Both the position numbers and the translations under genes were made by a program. From NCBI GenBank assembly GCA_038087875.1, contig CM075989.1, positions 23,686,001 to 23,750,000 of the forward strand: a stretch of DNA of 64,000 nucleotides, given 5' to 3'. Positions 52,030-64,000 of this stretch are shown piece after piece. Below the pieces are notes generated by a model, which saw only the letters and a program-made list of their open reading frames with translations, was not told where the DNA came from and searched no databases. The number at the start of each line of letters is the position of its first letter. Position 1 is the first letter of the stretch. Source of the DNA: Malacoraja senta (Eukaryota).

Positions 52030-52901
52030 AGAGGGATATGAGTCACGTGCAGGCAGATTGGAGTTGGTGTGGGAATCATGTTCGGCACAGACAATGTGTG
52101 CCACAGGGCTCGTTCCTGTGCTGTACTGTTCTATGTTCCCTGTGTATGCAAATATTGAGCACTGCCGTTATGACAACTGGTGACATGAAGGATAGAATAT
52201 TATTCAGGATGGATGTGAAAGCAATAGCTGCTCGTCGTTCAGGGGATACAGGGTTATTATCCAATCATCTTGATGACCGAGACCGAGTTGGACTTGGTTG
52301 GTTCCGTCTTTTGTACTTGCCCCAATAACGTCAAGGTGGGCTACAATTCCACACGGCCACAATTAACACTCATATTTAGTCCATCAACTATTGAAAAGGT
52401 GTGGAAAGAAAAGAAATGTTTAAAAATGAACTGCAGATGCTGGAAAAATCCAATGTAGATAAATATGGTGGAGAACCTCAGCGGGTGAGGTAACATCTAT
52501 GGAGTGAATGAATAGGTGACGTTTCGGGTCGACCCAAAACGTCACCTATTCCTTAGCTCCACAGATGCTGCCTCACCCGCTGAGTTTCTCCAGCATTTTT
52601 GTCCACCTTGGAAAGAAAAGAACATTCTTTCACTTCTAGTTGCAGGCAATTCATCATCAACATTGCTTGCATTGTAGCTACACAAATTTAGACGTAAAAC
52701 TTTAGAGATACAGCGGATGCAGTAGATGTAAACAGCATGGAAACAGGCCCTTCAGCCCACCGAGGCCATGCTGACCAGCGATCACCACGCACACTAACAC
52801 TTTCCTACACACTAGGGACAATTTACAATTTAGCAGAGGCCAATTGACCTACAAACCTGTACGTCTTTGGAGTGTGGGAGTAAACCAGAGCAATAAACGG
52901 T

Positions 52902-53121
52902 GCAGCATCTCTGGAGGACATGGATAGGTGACGTTTCACAGAGTGCTGGAGTAACTCAGTGGGTCAGGCAGCATCTGTGGAGAACATGGATAGGTGACGT
53001 TTCACAGAGTGCTGGAGTAACTCAGCGGGTCAGGCAGCATCTGTGGAGAACATGGATAGGTGACGTTTCACAGAGTGCTGGAGTAACTCAGCGGGTCAGG
53101 CAGCATCTCTGGAGAACATGA
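52902..53121 (-). repeat. Same 66-bp tandem array, ~3.3 units, opposite orientation
   Basis: 22-aa periodicity (QHLWRTWIGDVSQSAGVTQRVR) in ORF 52900..53121; reverse complement of the 36455 unit. Confidence 0.9.
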
Positions 53122-53595
53122 AATATTTTTCTGAAGAAAACATGCTCTGAAGTAGGGTCCCAATCCGAAACATCATCTCTCCATCGCTGCATGTTCTTCA
53201 GAGATGATGCCTGACTCGCTGAGTTACTCCAACACTTTGTGTCCTTTTGTGCAAAGCAGTATTTGCAATTCCTTATTTTGTTAAGTAGATATTGTTCTTA
53301 GTGCTAAAGGAATCAACGGGTCTGGGGACAAAATATGGACTGCATACAGAAATACTGAAGGGTCTCGACTCTCGACCCAAAATGTCACCTATATCTTTTC
53401 TGTAGAGATGCTGTCTGACCTGCTGAGTTACTCCAGCTTTTTGTGTCTATCTTCGGGTTAAAACTAGCATCTGCAGTTCCTTCCTACACACACTGAATGT
53501 TAATGATCAGCCATGATCATATTGATTGGTGAGGCAAACCAGAAGTGGTTCCTGACCCAGTCCTGTTTTTATTTTCCATATACACCTCCATGTAC

Positions 53596-54107
53596 CTCAC
53601 CTGAACCTCCTCCAAACTCATTTACTGCATCCGCTGTTCCAGGTGTCAACTTCACTACACCGGCAAGACCAAGCGCAGGCTCGGCGATCGTTTTGCTGAA
53701 CACCTCCGCTTAGTCCGTCTTAACCAAGCTGATCTCCCGGTGGTTCAGCACTTCAACTCCCCCTCCCTTTCCCAATCTGACCTTTCTGTCCTGGGCCTCC
53801 TCCATTGTCAGAGTGAAGCCTAGTGCAAATTGGAGGAACAGCACCTCATATTCCGCTTGGGTAGTTTACACCCCAGCGGTATGAACATTGACTTCTCTAA
53901 CTTCAGATAGCCCTTGCTCTCTCTCTTCATTCCCCCCCCTTCCAAGTTCTCCCACCAGTCCCACTGTCTCCACCTATATTCTTTCTTTGTCCTACCCCCT
54001 CCCCTGGCATCAATCTGAAGGGTCTCGACCTGAAACGTCACCAATTCCTTCTCTCCGTAGATGCTGCCTCACCCGCTGAGTTTCTCTAGCATTTTGTGTC
54101 TACCTTC
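53596..54107 (+). mobile_element. Penelope-like element 3' part: GIY-YIG endonuclease pseudo-ORF (53596..53910) plus 3' UTR with hammerhead-like motif
   Basis: Hand translation LT*TSSKLIYCIRCSRCQLHYTGKTKRRLGDRFAEHLR...HFNSPS...EA*CKLEEQHLIFRLGSLHPSGMNIDFSNFR*: LIYC..CxxC..Y(I)G.T.R.L..R..EH GIY-YIG signature with two stops. The UTR ends in the short repeat found throughout the window. Confidence 0.88.
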
Positions 54108-54414
54108 CAAGTATCTTCCCATTGATGTCTATCAATGCTCCCTTGTCTGAGATCAATGGGTCTGTACAGAGGCAAGGAAACACTCATTCAGCATCTGGCG
54201 CAGCTGTCCCTGTGGATGTTTGCAATACAGTACAGAAAGCAGCAAATGGTGGTAGAATTGTAGCAACAGTCAAAAGAGATCAGGCAGCAATTAAACGCAG
54301 GAGCTGATGACCAATCTGGTGGGGACCCTTCCTGAATTTACCCTGAGGAAAGGCCGAAGTGTTGAGTTACAAAATGTTAACACTGGTCGATATCGTCATT
54401 CACTTAATTCACGT

Positions 54415-54700
54415 GGGCGGCGTGGGGACGCAGCGGTAGGGTGGCTGCCTTGCAGCGCCAGGGACCCGGGTTCAATCCTGACTATGGCTGCTGTCTGTAT
54501 GGAATTTGTACGTTCTCCCCATGACCTGTGTGGATTTTCTCCTCACACTCCAAAGACGTACAGGTTTGTAGGTTAATTGGCTTGGTAAATGTAAATTGTC
54601 CCTAGTCTGTGTAGGATAGCGTTAATGTGCGGGGATCGCTGGTCGGTGCGGGCTAGGTGGGCCGAAGGGCCTGCTTCTGCGACGTAACTCTAAAAATAAA
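54415..54700 (+). mobile_element. HE1-type SINE
   Basis: Head with ggttcaatcc B-box, V-domain, tail. Confidence 0.82.
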
Positions 54701-54821
54701 AAAAATGAAACTTGCTCTGCATTCATCTATCAACCATTCAATGCTCACACAAGCTAACATCACCACCAACATGACATGATCATAAGTTCATACATCAAAG
54801 TAGCAGAATTAGGCCATTCAG

Positions 54822-55148
54822 TTTCAGGTTAGTTTATTGTCACGTGTACCGAGGTAAAGTGAAAAGCTTTTGTTGCGTGCTAACCAGTCAGCGGACAGAT
54901 AATACCCGATTACAATCGGGCCGTTCACAGTGTACAGATACAGGATAAGGGGATAACGTTTAGTGCACGATAATGCCAGCAAAGTCCGATCAAAGATAGT
55001 CTGAGGATCACCAATGAAGTAGATAGTAGTTCAGCACTGCTCACTGGTTGTGCTAGGATGATTCAGTTGCCTGATAACAGGTGGGAAGAAACTGTCCCTG
55101 CATCTGGAGGTGTGCGTTTTCACACCCCCATACCTCTTCCCTGATGGG
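54822..55148 (-). mobile_element. Rex1/Babar 3' fragment inserted into a CR1 3' UTR
   Basis: Reverse complement of the same 3' end; host CR1 UTR resumes after a short attcag duplication. Confidence 0.75.
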
Positions 55149-56244
55149 ATTCAGCCCATCAAGTCTACTCCGCCATTGAATCATGGCTGATCTATCTCTC
55201 CCTCTCTAACCCATTCTCCTGCCTTCTCCCACTGGGGCAATTTACGGGGAACAACGCATCTCTGGAGAAAACACAGATTTCAGCACACAGAGCTCAGCAA
55301 CTCAGGCAGCATCTCTGGAGAATGTAGAGAGGCGACGATTCAGATCTTTGAAGAAGGATCCTAACCTGAAATGTTCCCTATACACATTCCCCACACACGC
55401 TGCCTGACACGCTGAGTTACTCCAGCACTTTGTGCTTTACTCAAGATTTCAGCAGCTGCAGTTCCCTTGTGCCAGCACGTGTTTGGGAAGTGGGAGGAAT
55501 TTGTGAGGAAACCGGGGAGAAGGTGCAAACTCCACAGAGGCAGCACCAGCAGTCAGGATCAAACCCAGATCCCTGGATGTAGTAGTGCTAACTGTTGAGA
55601 CTCAATGGTGTGCTGTAATATAATCATTCACATAAGATCACCTGTGACTATGATCTATGTTAACCCCAGTTTTAGACATCACAGGTCTCTTCACAACACC
55701 CACTATTGCAACACTCTACGTTATACTCCAGGGTGGAAATGGACTGAAGGAAACAAATGCAGCAACATATAAAGAACTCTGAGCATATGGTAACATTTTT
55801 AATTCCTATTGTATTCGAATACCAATTCCAACCTAAAATGCAGCTCAGTAAAAAATCCGAGGTGACCTGAAATGAGTTATGGTTCCAACTTCTGATTGCA
55901 CTTTTAAAGGAAATCTTTCACATTTTCTTTCCCTAAATGGATGCAGTAAGATCTAATGACTAAAATACAACTATTTATCAAGCCACAGACACGTCATTTT
56001 AATTCAATAACAAATTAACTAAACACCTATAAAGGTTAACAGTTAACTTGTAAGGTTAGCATAAACATCACAATTGGCAATAAAACTTGTTATTTTATGA
56101 AATAGTGGCATCAACCTTGCGCCACCATTTATTTCAAGGCTGGCACTCGTTTCCAAAGCAATATTTGCAGTTAGAATGTACAAGAAAGGAAAAACATTTC
56201 ACAAGTAACCTTCCTGACAACAATCCCCTACTAATACCGAATAA

Positions 56245-56536
56245 GTTTAGTTTAGTTTAGAGATACAGTGCGGAAACAGGCCCTTTGGCCCACTGAGTCC
56301 GTGCCAACCAGCGATCCCCGCACACTAAAACTATCCTACACACACCAGGAACAATTTACAATCTTTACCGATGCCAATTAACCTACAAACCTGCACGTCT
56401 TTGGGATGTGGGAGGAAACCGGATCACCCAGAGAGAAAACCATATGGCCGCAGGGAGAACGTATAAACTCCGTACCGACAGCATCCGTAACCTCTGGCAT
56501 CGTAAGGCAGCAACTCTACCGCTGTGCCACTGTGCC
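56245..56536 (-). mobile_element. HE1-type SINE
   Basis: (tttag)n tail and reverse-complement body. Confidence 0.82.
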
Positions 56537-58178
56537 AATAAAGTCAGTATAAAGTTGTATAAAGTTGTGGCAGAGATTGGTTGCTGTGCAAGTTGAAACC
56601 ATTGAATCCCGTGAGTGATCACTAATGCCAGGAGTTGCTGTGGTGACAGTCGCACAAGTTAGTGGGAAAGGGATATCTACCAGTCACCACATTGTACATC
56701 GAACAGTACAGCACAGGAATAGGCCCCTCGGCCCACAATGTCCAAGCTGAACATGATGGCAGGTTAAACTAATCTCCTCTGTGCAATTAGCTTCTGCAAG
56801 AGAAAGGACATGCCCGGGACAGACAGGAATCTTTATGCTTTATTGTTCTGCGTTCTAAACAATGGCGTTGAGAGGGAAAGATAGATCAGCCGTGATTGAA
56901 TGGCAGAGTAGATTTGATGGGCCGAATGGCCTAATTCTGCTTCTATAACATATGAACATGAATCAGAAGGAGTACAGTTGAAAGATAAAGAGACAATCAT
57001 TTAAAACTGAGCATCTCAGGAATTTCTACTCATGGAGGGTGGTGGGTGCTGGAGTGGTGATCGAATGGTGGAGTAGACCCGATGGGCCGAATGCCCTAAT
57101 TCTACTCCTATGTCTTCTAGTCTTACGAGTTCTGTCAGCAGTTTGTGTTTAGCTCAGGATTGCAGCATCTGCCGCCTTTCATATCTGTATTATTGGATAG
57201 ATTGCACATACGTTTTCAAGTGGCCTTCCCTGCCTTGATAGGGGTGATGTAGATGCACGTGGTTGTCAATCAACCCATTGAATTACTTACGAAGGAAACT
57301 TATATTTGGCCCAATGTTTTCTGTACTTTAAACAGCAGAAGCTTTATTCTCTATGCATAAATTACACACAATTCCAAAGAGTTCTCCAATGCTACATTAA
57401 TGTTTCCAGCATCAGCAATTTAAGGAGAAAATTGATAATTTCTTGAATGTTTCAAAGCACATTAGTAGTTGAAAGATTGGCGTTGAAGTGATCAAATCTC
57501 TTAAAAGACATGGTTAAGTCTATTAAAAGGCAAAATTAATTAAAATTTCTTGTAGCAATTGATAATGATGGATTAGCTAAATTACTTATAATGTGTTCAC
57601 ACACAAGATATCTCACTTTCCTTTACATTGAAATATTTCCAATATAAAGTTGTGACTATGCACACAACCATTAGAACACCAATAGCAAACCTTTGAAGAA
57701 TCTCCAACGTCTACCCGGCAACTAACTTGACAAATCACTTCCTAAACAAAAGATCATTTTCATGGTGTAGAAACAAGGAACTGTAGAGGCTGGTTTACAT
57801 AATAAGACACAAAGTGCTGGAGTAACTCAGTGGGTCAGGCAGCATCTCTGGATAGTGACATTTTAGGTCAGGATCCTTCTTTCATTCATCTTTGAAAGAG
57901 GTATTTTCAAATGTTCAAGTCTATGCCCGTAAGGACTGGATGGGAAAGTGGGATAACATAGAACTGTGTGTGAATGTGGCATTGGACTCAGTTGGCTGAA
58001 GGGCTCATTTCCCTGCTACATCTCTAAACTAAACTGGACTAAACTAAACTAAACTAAACTCAAAAGAGCTGTTAAGAAGAAAACTGTTATGGGCAATTAA
58101 TTCAGTATGGTCAAAAATGTCAAGACCATTAAACGATATGATTTTTTATATTGCAAAAGGGAGAAACTGCCTTTAGTG

Positions 58179-58400
58179 CAGGGGTTCCCAACCTTTTTCG
58201 TCCCGTTTACCCCTGGAAACTTTAATAGCACATAACAATGTTATTTCATTTATTTATGAGCAACTAATGATGAACAGATACCAAACTAATGATGACCAGA
58301 ACCAAACACAGTCAGTCAATGAGAACAAATATGTACAAATCCACAATCAACAAATTTACCCCCTGGGTAGGCGAAGTTTACCCCAGGTTGGGAACCCTTG
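58179..58400. mobile_element. hAT MITE (222 bp) with perfect 8-bp TSD
   Basis: TIR caggggttcccaacct / aggttgggaacccttg; ctttagtg at 58171-58178 and 58401-58408. Confidence 0.92.
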
Positions 58401-59359
58401 CTTTAGTGAGACACAATCCTGAGATATTACCTTAAATACAATGTTTAAGAAAGAACTGCAGATGCTGGAAAATCGAAGGTAGACAAAAATGCTGGAGAAA
58501 CTTGCGGTTGAGGCAGCATCTCTGAAGAAGGGTCTTGACCCGAAATGTCACCTATTTCCTTTGCTCCATAGATGCTGCCTCACCCGCTGAGTTTCTCCAG
58601 CATTTTTGTCTACCTTAAATACAAGGTACATTTCCACAGAGAAGATTGCTATAGACACAAAATGCTGGAGTAACTCAGCGGGACAGGCAGCAACTCTGGA
58701 GAGAAGGAATGGATGACATTTTGGGTCGAGACCCTTCTTCAGACTGATGAAGACTGAAGATTGCTATGATCAGTAAGGTGACCATTTGCACAGACGATTT
58801 TGATGCTGCGCCATTGGGTAATTAGAAGGAAATAACATTGACTGCCGCCATAGCCTGCTGAAACCCTCCAGTTCCTCCTCAGTCTTAATACTTGCATGAT
58901 CAATAAGCTGCCACAGTGAATCAGTGTGGAAACATCCAACTTCATACTTACTCTTTGACCGTGAATAATTTCATCAAATGAAAATAATTTTGCCAGACAT
59001 AAAAAAGCTCGAAGATGTGCACATTCCGTAACAATAGACGGTAGAGTGCGGGAGCGTGGTTCCGATAATGTCTGTGTACCATCTGGACTTGCTGCTTTTG
59101 GCCATGTTGTAACAATTTTGAAGTAATCACCATACAGACCAGACACAAAGTCCCATAAAGCATTACCAAAATCCTTGCCTTTTTTTGATTTCTAACAACA
59201 GCGACATTCAATCCATCACCAGCCATGCAACTCTTCTCAGTGTTAGTGCACGTTTCTGTTCAGCGCAGATTACTTGGGGCGATGAGAAGAGTTTCACAAA
59301 CTGGGCTGCCTGCTTAACACACAAACTTCTAAAGAGAGGACGTTCAAATTGAAATGGGA

Positions 59360-59735
59360 GCGTACAGAATAGTGAAAGGCCTGGATAGAGTGGACGTGGA
59401 GAGAATGTTTCCACCAGTGGGAGAGTCTAGGACTAGAGGTTATAGCCTCAGAACTAAAGGACGTTCTTTTAGGAAGGAGATGAAGAGGAATTTCTTTAGT
59501 CAGAGGCTGGTGAATTTGTGGAATTCTTTGCCGTAGAGGTTGTGGAGGCCAAGTCAGTGGATATATTTAAGGCAGAGAAAGATAGAATCATGATTAGTAC
59601 AGGTGTCAGAGGTTATGGGGAGAAGGCAGGAGAATGGGGTTAGAAGGGAGAGATAGATCAGCCATGATTGAATGCTGGAGTACACTTGATGGGCCGAATG
59701 GCCTAATTCTGCTCCTATTACTTACAATCTTATGA
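59360..59735 (+). mobile_element. CR1 LINE 3' fragment
   Basis: ORF 59354..59536 YRIVKGLDRVDVERMFP...LWNSLP plus 3' UTR. Confidence 0.85.
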
Positions 59736-59759
59736 ACTCTCTTCAGCAACTAACACTTT

Positions 59760-60430
59760 AGGGTGGCTCAGTGGTGCAGCGGGTAGAGCTGCTGCCTCAC
59801 AGCGCCAGAGACCCGGGTTCGATCCAGACCTTGGGTGCAGCCTGTGCGGAGTTTGCATGTTCTCCCTGTGATATCATGGGTTTCTTCTGGGTGTTCCGGT
59901 TTTCTCCCACATTCCAGAGACCTGCGGATTTGTGGGTTAATTGGGCTCTCTGTAAATTGTGTCCAGTCTGTAGGGAGATGATGAGAAAGTGGGATAACAC
60001 GTAACTAGTGAACATGTGACCGATGGTCATTGTGGACTCAGTGGACCAAAGGGCTCATTATTTCCATGGTGTATTTCCAAATTAAACCTGGTTAGCTGTA
60101 CTACAGTATAAACTTATGATTCTGGTGTGGAATATCAACTACAGTGTTGCTGTTGCTGCCTCACAGCGCCTGAGACCAGAGTTCAATCCTGACTACGGGT
60201 GCTGTCTGTATGGAGTTTGCATGTTTCTTTCTGTGACCGCATTGGTTTTCTCCGGGTGTTCCATTTCCACATATACTCCAAAGACATGCAGGTTTGTAGA
60301 TTAATTGGCTTGGTATAAATGTAAATTATCCCTATTGTGTAGGATAGTCCTAGTCTACAGAGTGACGCAGGTCGGCATGGACTCGATGGGCCGAATGGCC
60401 CGTTTCTGCACTGTATCTCTAAAGTCTAAA
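59760..60430 (+). mobile_element. Two adjacent HE1-type SINEs
   Basis: Heads at ~59765 and ~60150, each with V-domain and tail. Confidence 0.8.
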
Positions 60431-60635
60431 GTCACTGTTATTTCTGAGACTTTTCTTTCGCAAGGAACATTTCTGTGGTTGCTTGACCGGTGTACACTGT
60501 TCTGAAGGGTCCCAACCCGAAGCATCGACTGTACATTCCTTCCGCAGATGCTGTCTCAACTGCCAAGATCCTCCAGCATTTTGTGTTTTGCTCCATATTG
60601 TGGTGTTACATTGTCAGCATTTCCCTCCAGGAATA

Positions 60636-61180
60636 TCAAAGGTTTCAAAGGTCTTTTAAAGTCACGTGTACCAATTAAGGTACAGTGATATGAGAATTAC
60701 CATACAGCCATACTAAAAAAAAGCAACAAGACTCACAACTACATCAAAGTTAACATAAACATCCACCACAGCAGATTCCCCACATTCCTCACTGTGATGG
60801 AAGGCAATAAAGTCCAATCTTCTTCCTCTATATTCTCCCGCGGTCGGGAAAATCGAACCATCTGTCGGGGCGGTCGGAGCTCCTGCGGCTTGGAGCTCCC
60901 GAAGTCGGTCTCTAACCAGATGTTAAGTCCGCAGACTCCCGCAATTGGAGCTCCTGAAGTCGGTCTCCAGCAAAGGCCGCCAACTCCTCGATATTAGGCC
61001 GCAGTGTGGATGGAGATACGATATACAGAAAGAAAATCGCATCTCCATCAAGATAAGAGATTAAAAAGTTCCCCGCCCCCCCATATAAAACAAGCTAACG
61101 AACACTAAAAACATACATTTAACACATACTATTAAAACCACAAAGAAGGAAGGGACAGACAGACTGTTGGCGAGGCAGTA
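60636..61180 (-). mobile_element. GC-rich non-coding retroelement-like repeat with Rex/Babar-type tail
   Basis: Minus-strand 3' end cactgtacct...ggtacacgtgac...(cctttgaaa) resembles the Rex/Babar UTR; shares an internal motif with 42851-42877. Confidence 0.55.
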
Positions 61181-63656
61181 TGGTGAGGGTAGACAAAAAT
61201 GCTGGAGTAACTCAGCGGGAAGGGTTTCGTCCCGAAACGTTGCCTATTTCCTTCGCTCCATAGATGCTGCCACACCCGCTGAGTTTCTCCAGCACTTTTG
61301 CCTACCGTCGATTTTCCAGCGTCTGCAGTTCCTTCTTGAGCAGTATGGTGAGGATCCTGAACGATCTCCATGCAGCAACTTATCGTAATCAATCTTAGTT
61401 TACTAGAGAAAGGCAGTATACTCGTGCTCCAGCTCACAAGAGATGTAGTTGAGCTGTTAATGTGGACGGAAGGGCAAATGGCAATAAGACTGGGGTTCCC
61501 TTGCGGTTTGAGATGATTGCACGCTGATCTTCAGTTGCGATGCAAAGGTGTTTTCTACATGATCTTTATCCCAGTTGGAGTAATTGAATATTTTCTACAG
61601 GCAGCTCAACACCCCCCTGGAGCCCTCTTGAAGACAGCTCAGTCACCTTAACTCCTTAATGGGACCTTGGAGAAGTGACCCTGCCACTGGCAAAGCTTGG
61701 AATCATCAAACTCTACTGCAGATAACTTACAAACTAATTTACTACTGGGCTTGGTGTCTAGGGTTAGATATACACACACACACACAATAGGAAAAGTAGA
61801 TTTCAGTAGGAAGGAACTGCAGATGCTGGTTTAAACCGAAGATAGACACAAAAAGCTGGAGTAACTCAGCGGGACAGGCAGCGTCTCTGGTGCGAAGGAA
61901 TGGGTGACGTTTCAGATCTGAAGAAGGGTCTCAACCCGAAACGTCACCCCTTCCTTTCCTCCAGAGATGCTGCCTGCCCTGCTGAGTTACTCCAGCATTT
62001 AGTGCCCATCTTAAGTAGAGTTCAATGCTAATTGATTCATGAACGAGGCATTTAAACTTCAACATATTTGGGGCTCATTTGGCTTGTAATACTAAAAATG
62101 CAGTTCGTACAAGTTGTAAAATGTATTCCAGATTGTCCATGTGTGTGACACACATGTGGTTGGAAGTCCTCAGACACATGGAGTGATGACAAGTGTTTGT
62201 GCATTCGGGACCTGCAAACAGCATGGCTCCATCACATGGAAAAACCCCAAACCAGAATACCGAGACATGCACGGCGGCATGAATTAGAGCGATCCAGCTA
62301 TATCTGGTCCACTGCTGTGAAAACTAAGATGTTGACATCCAGATCCTCCAAGTAGAGACACACGCAACTGCAGATACTGCCCCTGTTTTGCCTCTTTAGA
62401 CAGAGGTTGGTGAATGGAAGGCAACATTTTGGATTGAGACTGTTCTGCAGGGATATAGTTTAGTTTAGTTTAGAGCGCCTACAGATACAGAGATACAGTG
62501 CAGAAACAGGCCCTTCGGCGCACCGAGTCCGCGCCGACCAGCAAACCCCGCTCATTAACACGATCCTACACACACTGGGGACAATTTACACATACACCAA
62601 ACCAATTAACCTACACACCTGTACGTCTTTGGAGTGTGGGAGGAAACCGAAGATCTCAGAGAAAACCTGCATGGTCACGGGGAGAACATATAAATTCCTC
62701 CTCATTTCCTTCCTAAAAGAACATCCTTTAATTCTGAGGCTATGACCTCTAGTCCTAGACTCTCCCACTAGTGGAAACATCCTCTCCACATCCACTCTCC
62801 CCAAGCCTTTCACTATTCTGTATGTTTCAATGAGTGCACATAGCCCGTGCAAGGCCAATTCAGTCACTCACAATACCTTGAAACATAGAAAATAGGTGCA
62901 GGAGTAGTCCATTTGGCCCTTCGAGCCAACATCGCCATTCGATCTGATCATGGCTGATCATCCAGAATCAGTACCCCATTCCTGCTTTCTCCCCATATCC
63001 CTTGCTTCCGTTAGCCCCTAAGAGCTAAATCTAACTCTCTCTTGAATACAGTACATCCAGTGAATTGGCCTCCATTGCCGTCTGGGTTTCACGAGGTTTA
63101 CTGACAGGGCATTGCTTGCCATAAAGGCAGCTGCCCCCTTGCTGTGTGCCTTTAACATGCCTTTTGTGCTGCCCTTGGATTTCTCGGCCACTGTGCCCTA
63201 GGATAAGGGTTAATGGGGCATGTCCATGTCGGAGTGTGTGTATGTGTGTGAACATTATATCAGGCAAACAAAAATGTGACGTTTCGATTTCACAGTGAAG
63301 TGGTTTACAAATTAGTCTTTCACACATATAGACATCAGTCAGATAAATGCAAGCTAACAGGATTATAATACAATGGTAGCACTTGAACCAACAAGCAACA
63401 AACCCGAGTTAACACAAAGGGAGTCTTCTTCCACACACGTTCGCTTGGGATGGGGTGTCATGATTTGCCTTCTCTGGACCATTTAGAATGCAAGGGCAAG
63501 TTTCCATGATTGACCGGCCTGGCCTGTCCCAGGTTTGGGTATGAAGTCTGGCTGATTGGATCTTTGAAGTTTTCATTCAATACAAACTGTCTCTTCCATC
63601 GTGTATCTGCACACTGTGACTGGAACGAACGTAATCATGTATTGTCTTTCCGCTGA

Positions 63657-63852
63657 TAGACACAAAAAGCTGGAGTGACTCAGCAGGGCAGGCAGCGTCT
63701 CTGGAGAGAAGGAATGGGTGACGTTTCGGGTCAAGACCCTTCTTCACGTCACCCATTCCTTCTCTCCAGAGACGCTGCCTGTCCCGCCGAGTTACTCCAG
63801 CTTTTTGTGTCTATCTTCGGTTTAAAGCAGCATTTGCAGTTCCTTCCTACAC
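63657..63852. mobile_element. Inverted pair of Penelope-derived ends inserted in a Rex/Babar UTR, 16-bp TSD
   Basis: attgtctttccgctga at 63641-63656 and 63853-63868; arms are reverse complements. Confidence 0.85.
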
Positions 63853-64000
63853 ATTGTCTTTCCGCTGACTGGTTAGCACACAACAAAAGCTTTTCACTGT
63901 ACCTTGGTACACGTGACAATAAACTGAACTAAATTTCCAACTGCCTGGTCCATTGAATCTTAATAGCAACATCACTTAATATTTGAAAGTGTTTAAGAAA

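Noticed and set aside
58739..59146. Possible upstream basonuclin exon ending ...HGQR|gtaagt (phase 0) near 58950
   Set aside because: The donor is consensus and phase-compatible, but the peptide has no recognisable similarity and I see no clear acceptor or ATG; unsupported without RNA data.

Overview
Eukaryotic, repeat-dense vertebrate genomic DNA, almost certainly from a cartilaginous fish (inferred from abundant HE1-type tRNA-derived V-SINEs, CR1/HER1-like LINEs and Penelope-like elements). The only host-gene coding sequence I can support is two minus-strand exons of a basonuclin gene, probably BNC1 (21725-21827 and 18878-19113). They splice in frame into the conserved N-terminal domain; the large zinc-finger exon must lie left of base 1 and the upstream exon(s) were not identified. 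The rest is intronic or upstream DNA filled with CR1 LINEs (one with a 696-codon open RT frame), Rex1/Babar and RTE fragments, over 20 HE1 SINEs, hAT and PIF/Harbinger-type MITEs and microsatellites. The most notable structure is a very abundant ~130-bp family derived from the 3' end of a GIY-YIG Penelope-like element. It begins with a minimal hammerhead-ribozyme-like core (CTGAAGA-AGGGTCTCGACCC-GAAAC-GTC), inserts with 13-17 bp target-site duplications, often as a fold-back palindrome, and has produced a 66-bp tandem array present at two loci. Repeat boundaries are by eye and approximate unless TSDs are quoted.
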